A DNA stretch of 64,000 bases, from contig JAFQGP010000115.1 in the NCBI GenBank assembly GCA_017415485.1, positions 8,135-72,134 on the forward strand, written 5' to 3'. Source of the DNA: Clostridia bacterium (GTDB lineage Bacteria > Bacillota > Clostridia > Oscillospirales > CAG-272). The notes under the pieces were generated by a model. The model did not search any database, was not told the origin of the DNA, and saw nothing but the letters and a program-made list of their open reading frames with translations. Every line of letters begins with the position of its first letter. The stretch's first letter is position 1. Positions 62,612 to 64,000 of the stretch are shown here, in pieces. Position numbers and translations under genes: made by a program.

Positions 62612-62788
62612 ATGCAACTGTGTGAGATCAAGCGATTTGATGGCAAATGCCGCATCAGCATTCCGAAGGAATATGTGGCGGGCGCGGGCGGCAAACCGAA
62701 TCAACGTGCGTATGTTTCTTTCGATGAAGAAACCAAAGAAATCAAAATCACTTTGAAGCAGGAGAACGAAGCCGATGGGAACGTGTGA
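62612..62788 (+). CDS. AbrB/SpoVT-like small DNA-binding protein (58 aa; not in the ORF track)
   Basis: GAGGAGG RBS. MQLCEIKRFDGKCRISIPKEYVAGAG... has a looped-hinge-helix-like R-I-S-I-P-K pattern. Confidence 0.4.
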   Translation: MQLCEIKRFDGKCRISIPKEYVAGAGGKPNQRAYVSFDEETKEIKITLKQENEADGNV

Positions 62789-63020
62789 CATCATCCGTGG
62801 CGGGCGCGAATATCACATATCGCCACATTTTATTTATAAATACAATCTGACAAAAGATGCGTTACGCCGCGCACGAAAAAACGGATTGCCGTACATAAAG
62901 GAATCGGGCGTGTACTTTTACAACGAAAACGATTTCCACGATTATTATGCGGGGCGCATCGGAAATGATGTTAAAAGAAAACAGGAGGTTAAACATGGCA
63001 ACACACATCAAAACAATTAA
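62775..63020 (+). CDS. Hypothetical protein (81 aa)
   Basis: It overlaps the previous gene by 14 nt. MGTCDIIRGGREYHISPHFIYKYNLTKDALRRARKNGLPY... Confidence 0.4.
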   Translation: MGTCDIIRGGREYHISPHFIYKYNLTKDALRRARKNGLPYIKESGVYFYNENDFHDYYAGRIGNDVKRKQEVKHGNTHQNN

Positions 63021-63357
63021 AAACGACAATGGCGATACCATTGACATCGTTGTGGATATTTCCACGATGCACGGGTACACAGGATCAACACCGTGCCATT
63101 TCATCAAGATCGTTGATTTGCGAATCAAGCGTTGCAGAAAACGCACATGGGAGGACATCGGACAAGCCATTTCGGATGATTACAATTTCCGCAAACAACC
63201 GATTGGCAAAGAGCGCGACACATACAAGATGCAAATTTTCCTTCAGTATATCACGCCCGAACAGGCGAAAGCGGCGATCATGGAAGCGTATGAAGCCATC
63301 AAGCCGGATACAAGCATCATCGACATCGCGGCGCAGAACGTGAAACGGGAGGTGTGA
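62995..63357 (+). CDS. Hypothetical protein (120 aa)
   Basis: ATG at 62995 after an AGGAGG RBS. MATHIKTIKNDNGDTIDIVVD... Confidence 0.5.
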   Translation: MATHIKTIKNDNGDTIDIVVDISTMHGYTGSTPCHFIKIVDLRIKRCRKRTWEDIGQAISDDYNFRKQPIGKERDTYKMQIFLQYITPEQAKAAIMEAYEAIKPDTSIIDIAAQNVKREV

Positions 63358-63360
63358 ATC

Positions 63361-63447
63361 ATGGAATCTGTTTTGATAACGGCGATCATTTGCATCACGG
63401 TCATCATCGTGTTTGCGATCATGTCAAAGAACAGCGGAAGGAAGTGA
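63361..63447 (+). CDS. 28-aa single-TM peptide (not in the ORF track)
   Basis: GGGAGG RBS. MESVLITAIICITVIIVFAIMSKNSGRK. Confidence 0.35.
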   Translation: MESVLITAIICITVIIVFAIMSKNSGRK

Positions 63448-63452
63448 ACGGC

Positions 63453-64000
63453 ATGACGGTCAATATTTTTGATACGGCGAATCGGTACAATCTCATATAT
63501 GCCGATCCGCCGTGGAAACAAAGCCGCGGCGGGAAAAAGAGTGTCCGCGCGAATTCAAGCGGAAAGCCACTTGAATATCCCGTTTGTTCCCTATCTGAAA
63601 TCAAAGAGCATTTGAAACAGGCGGATTCCCTTGCGGAAGGTGACACCATTCTGTTCCTATGGACGATTGACAAATATCTGTTTGAAGCGCAGCAGATGGC
63701 GGAGGAAATGGGATACAAATTGCACGCCCGCATGATTTGGGATAAGGTCACAGGCATTCCCGCGGCGTTCACGGTGCGTTACGGTCACGAATATCTGCTG
63801 TATATGTACAAAGGAAAATTGATGCCCGTGGCAAAGGATGAACGCGGGAAAATACATACAGTATTCCGCGAAAAGGTGCAGCGGCACAGCCAAAAGCCGG
63901 AAATTGCATACAACATCATCGAGCGGTTATATCCCGACACAAACAAAATCGAACTATACGCCCGCAAACATCGCGCCGGGTGGGATTGTTGGGGGAACGA
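63453..64000 (+). CDS. MT-A70-family N6-adenine DNA methyltransferase, 3'-truncated by the window edge
   Basis: My own translation gives MTVNIFDTANRYNLIYADPPWK...FLWTIDKYL...HSQKPEIAY...ELYARKHRAGWDCWGN. It contains the DPPW catalytic motif. The ORF is open to the window end. Confidence 0.85.
   Translation, partial: MTVNIFDTANRYNLIYADPPWKQSRGGKKSVRANSSGKPLEYPVCSLSEIKEHLKQADSLAEGDTILFLWTIDKYLFEAQQMAEEMGYKLHARMIWDKVTGIPAAFTVRYGHEYLLYMYKGKLMPVAKDERGKIHTVFREKVQRHSQKPEIAYNIIERLYPDTNKIELYARKHRAGWDCWGN

Larger units (their letters stand above)
62059..64000 (+). mobile_element. Start of a phage- or ICE-like module of small co-directional, tightly packed genes; it runs off the window
   Basis: GC content is lower than the flanks. 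The genes are short and overlapping. Contents are an HTH, an AbrB-like protein, a 28-aa TM peptide and an MT-A70 methyltransferase. I saw no integrase or att site. Confidence 0.5.

Noticed and set aside
1-64000. A search by eye for rRNA, tRNA, tmRNA, RNase P and riboswitch leaders.
   Set aside because: I found no cloverleaf-compatible 70-90-nt segment and no conserved riboswitch core in the intergenic regions. Most gaps are explained by promoters, terminators or the repeat elements. A covariance-model scan would be needed to be certain.

Overview
A 64-kb chromosomal segment from a high-GC Firmicutes/Clostridia genome. Gene content and order (sepF-yggT-divIVA-ileS, lspA-rluD, scfA/scfB) suggest an Oscillospiraceae/Ruminococcaceae-like organism, but the taxon is inference. 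I call about 60 protein genes. They include housekeeping genes (ileS, miaA, queA, dapA, rluD, lspA, tcdA, murQ, the distal division cluster yggS/sepF/yggT/divIVA) and an enoate-reductase plus split aconitase-X pair. There is a glycan-processing cluster at 45.1-54.3 kb. Four secreted surface proteins share a non-canonical C-terminal PTGDSAL-TM-K(R/K)REN anchor signal. A SCIFF ranthipeptide locus is interrupted by a four-helix-bundle gene. Several AT-rich accessory islets are present (20.1-20.9, 23.0-26.7, 33.2-33.9, 41.1-41.5, 43.1-44.6 kb). A phage/ICE-like module with an MT-A70 methyltransferase starts at about 62 kb. I saw no rRNA, tRNA or CRISPR array. The most unusual signal is non-coding. 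Many of the intergenic gaps longer than about 150 bp are filled by modular nested-hairpin repeat elements: 12 loci in at least three families. These are built from short GC hairpins separated by locus-specific 7-nt words. Homologous copies differ by compensatory stem substitutions. One bipartite element occurs twice, each copy bracketing a different AT-rich cargo, and the two copies flank the decarboxylase-SCIFF operon as direct repeats. I do not recognise these elements as any named repeat family.
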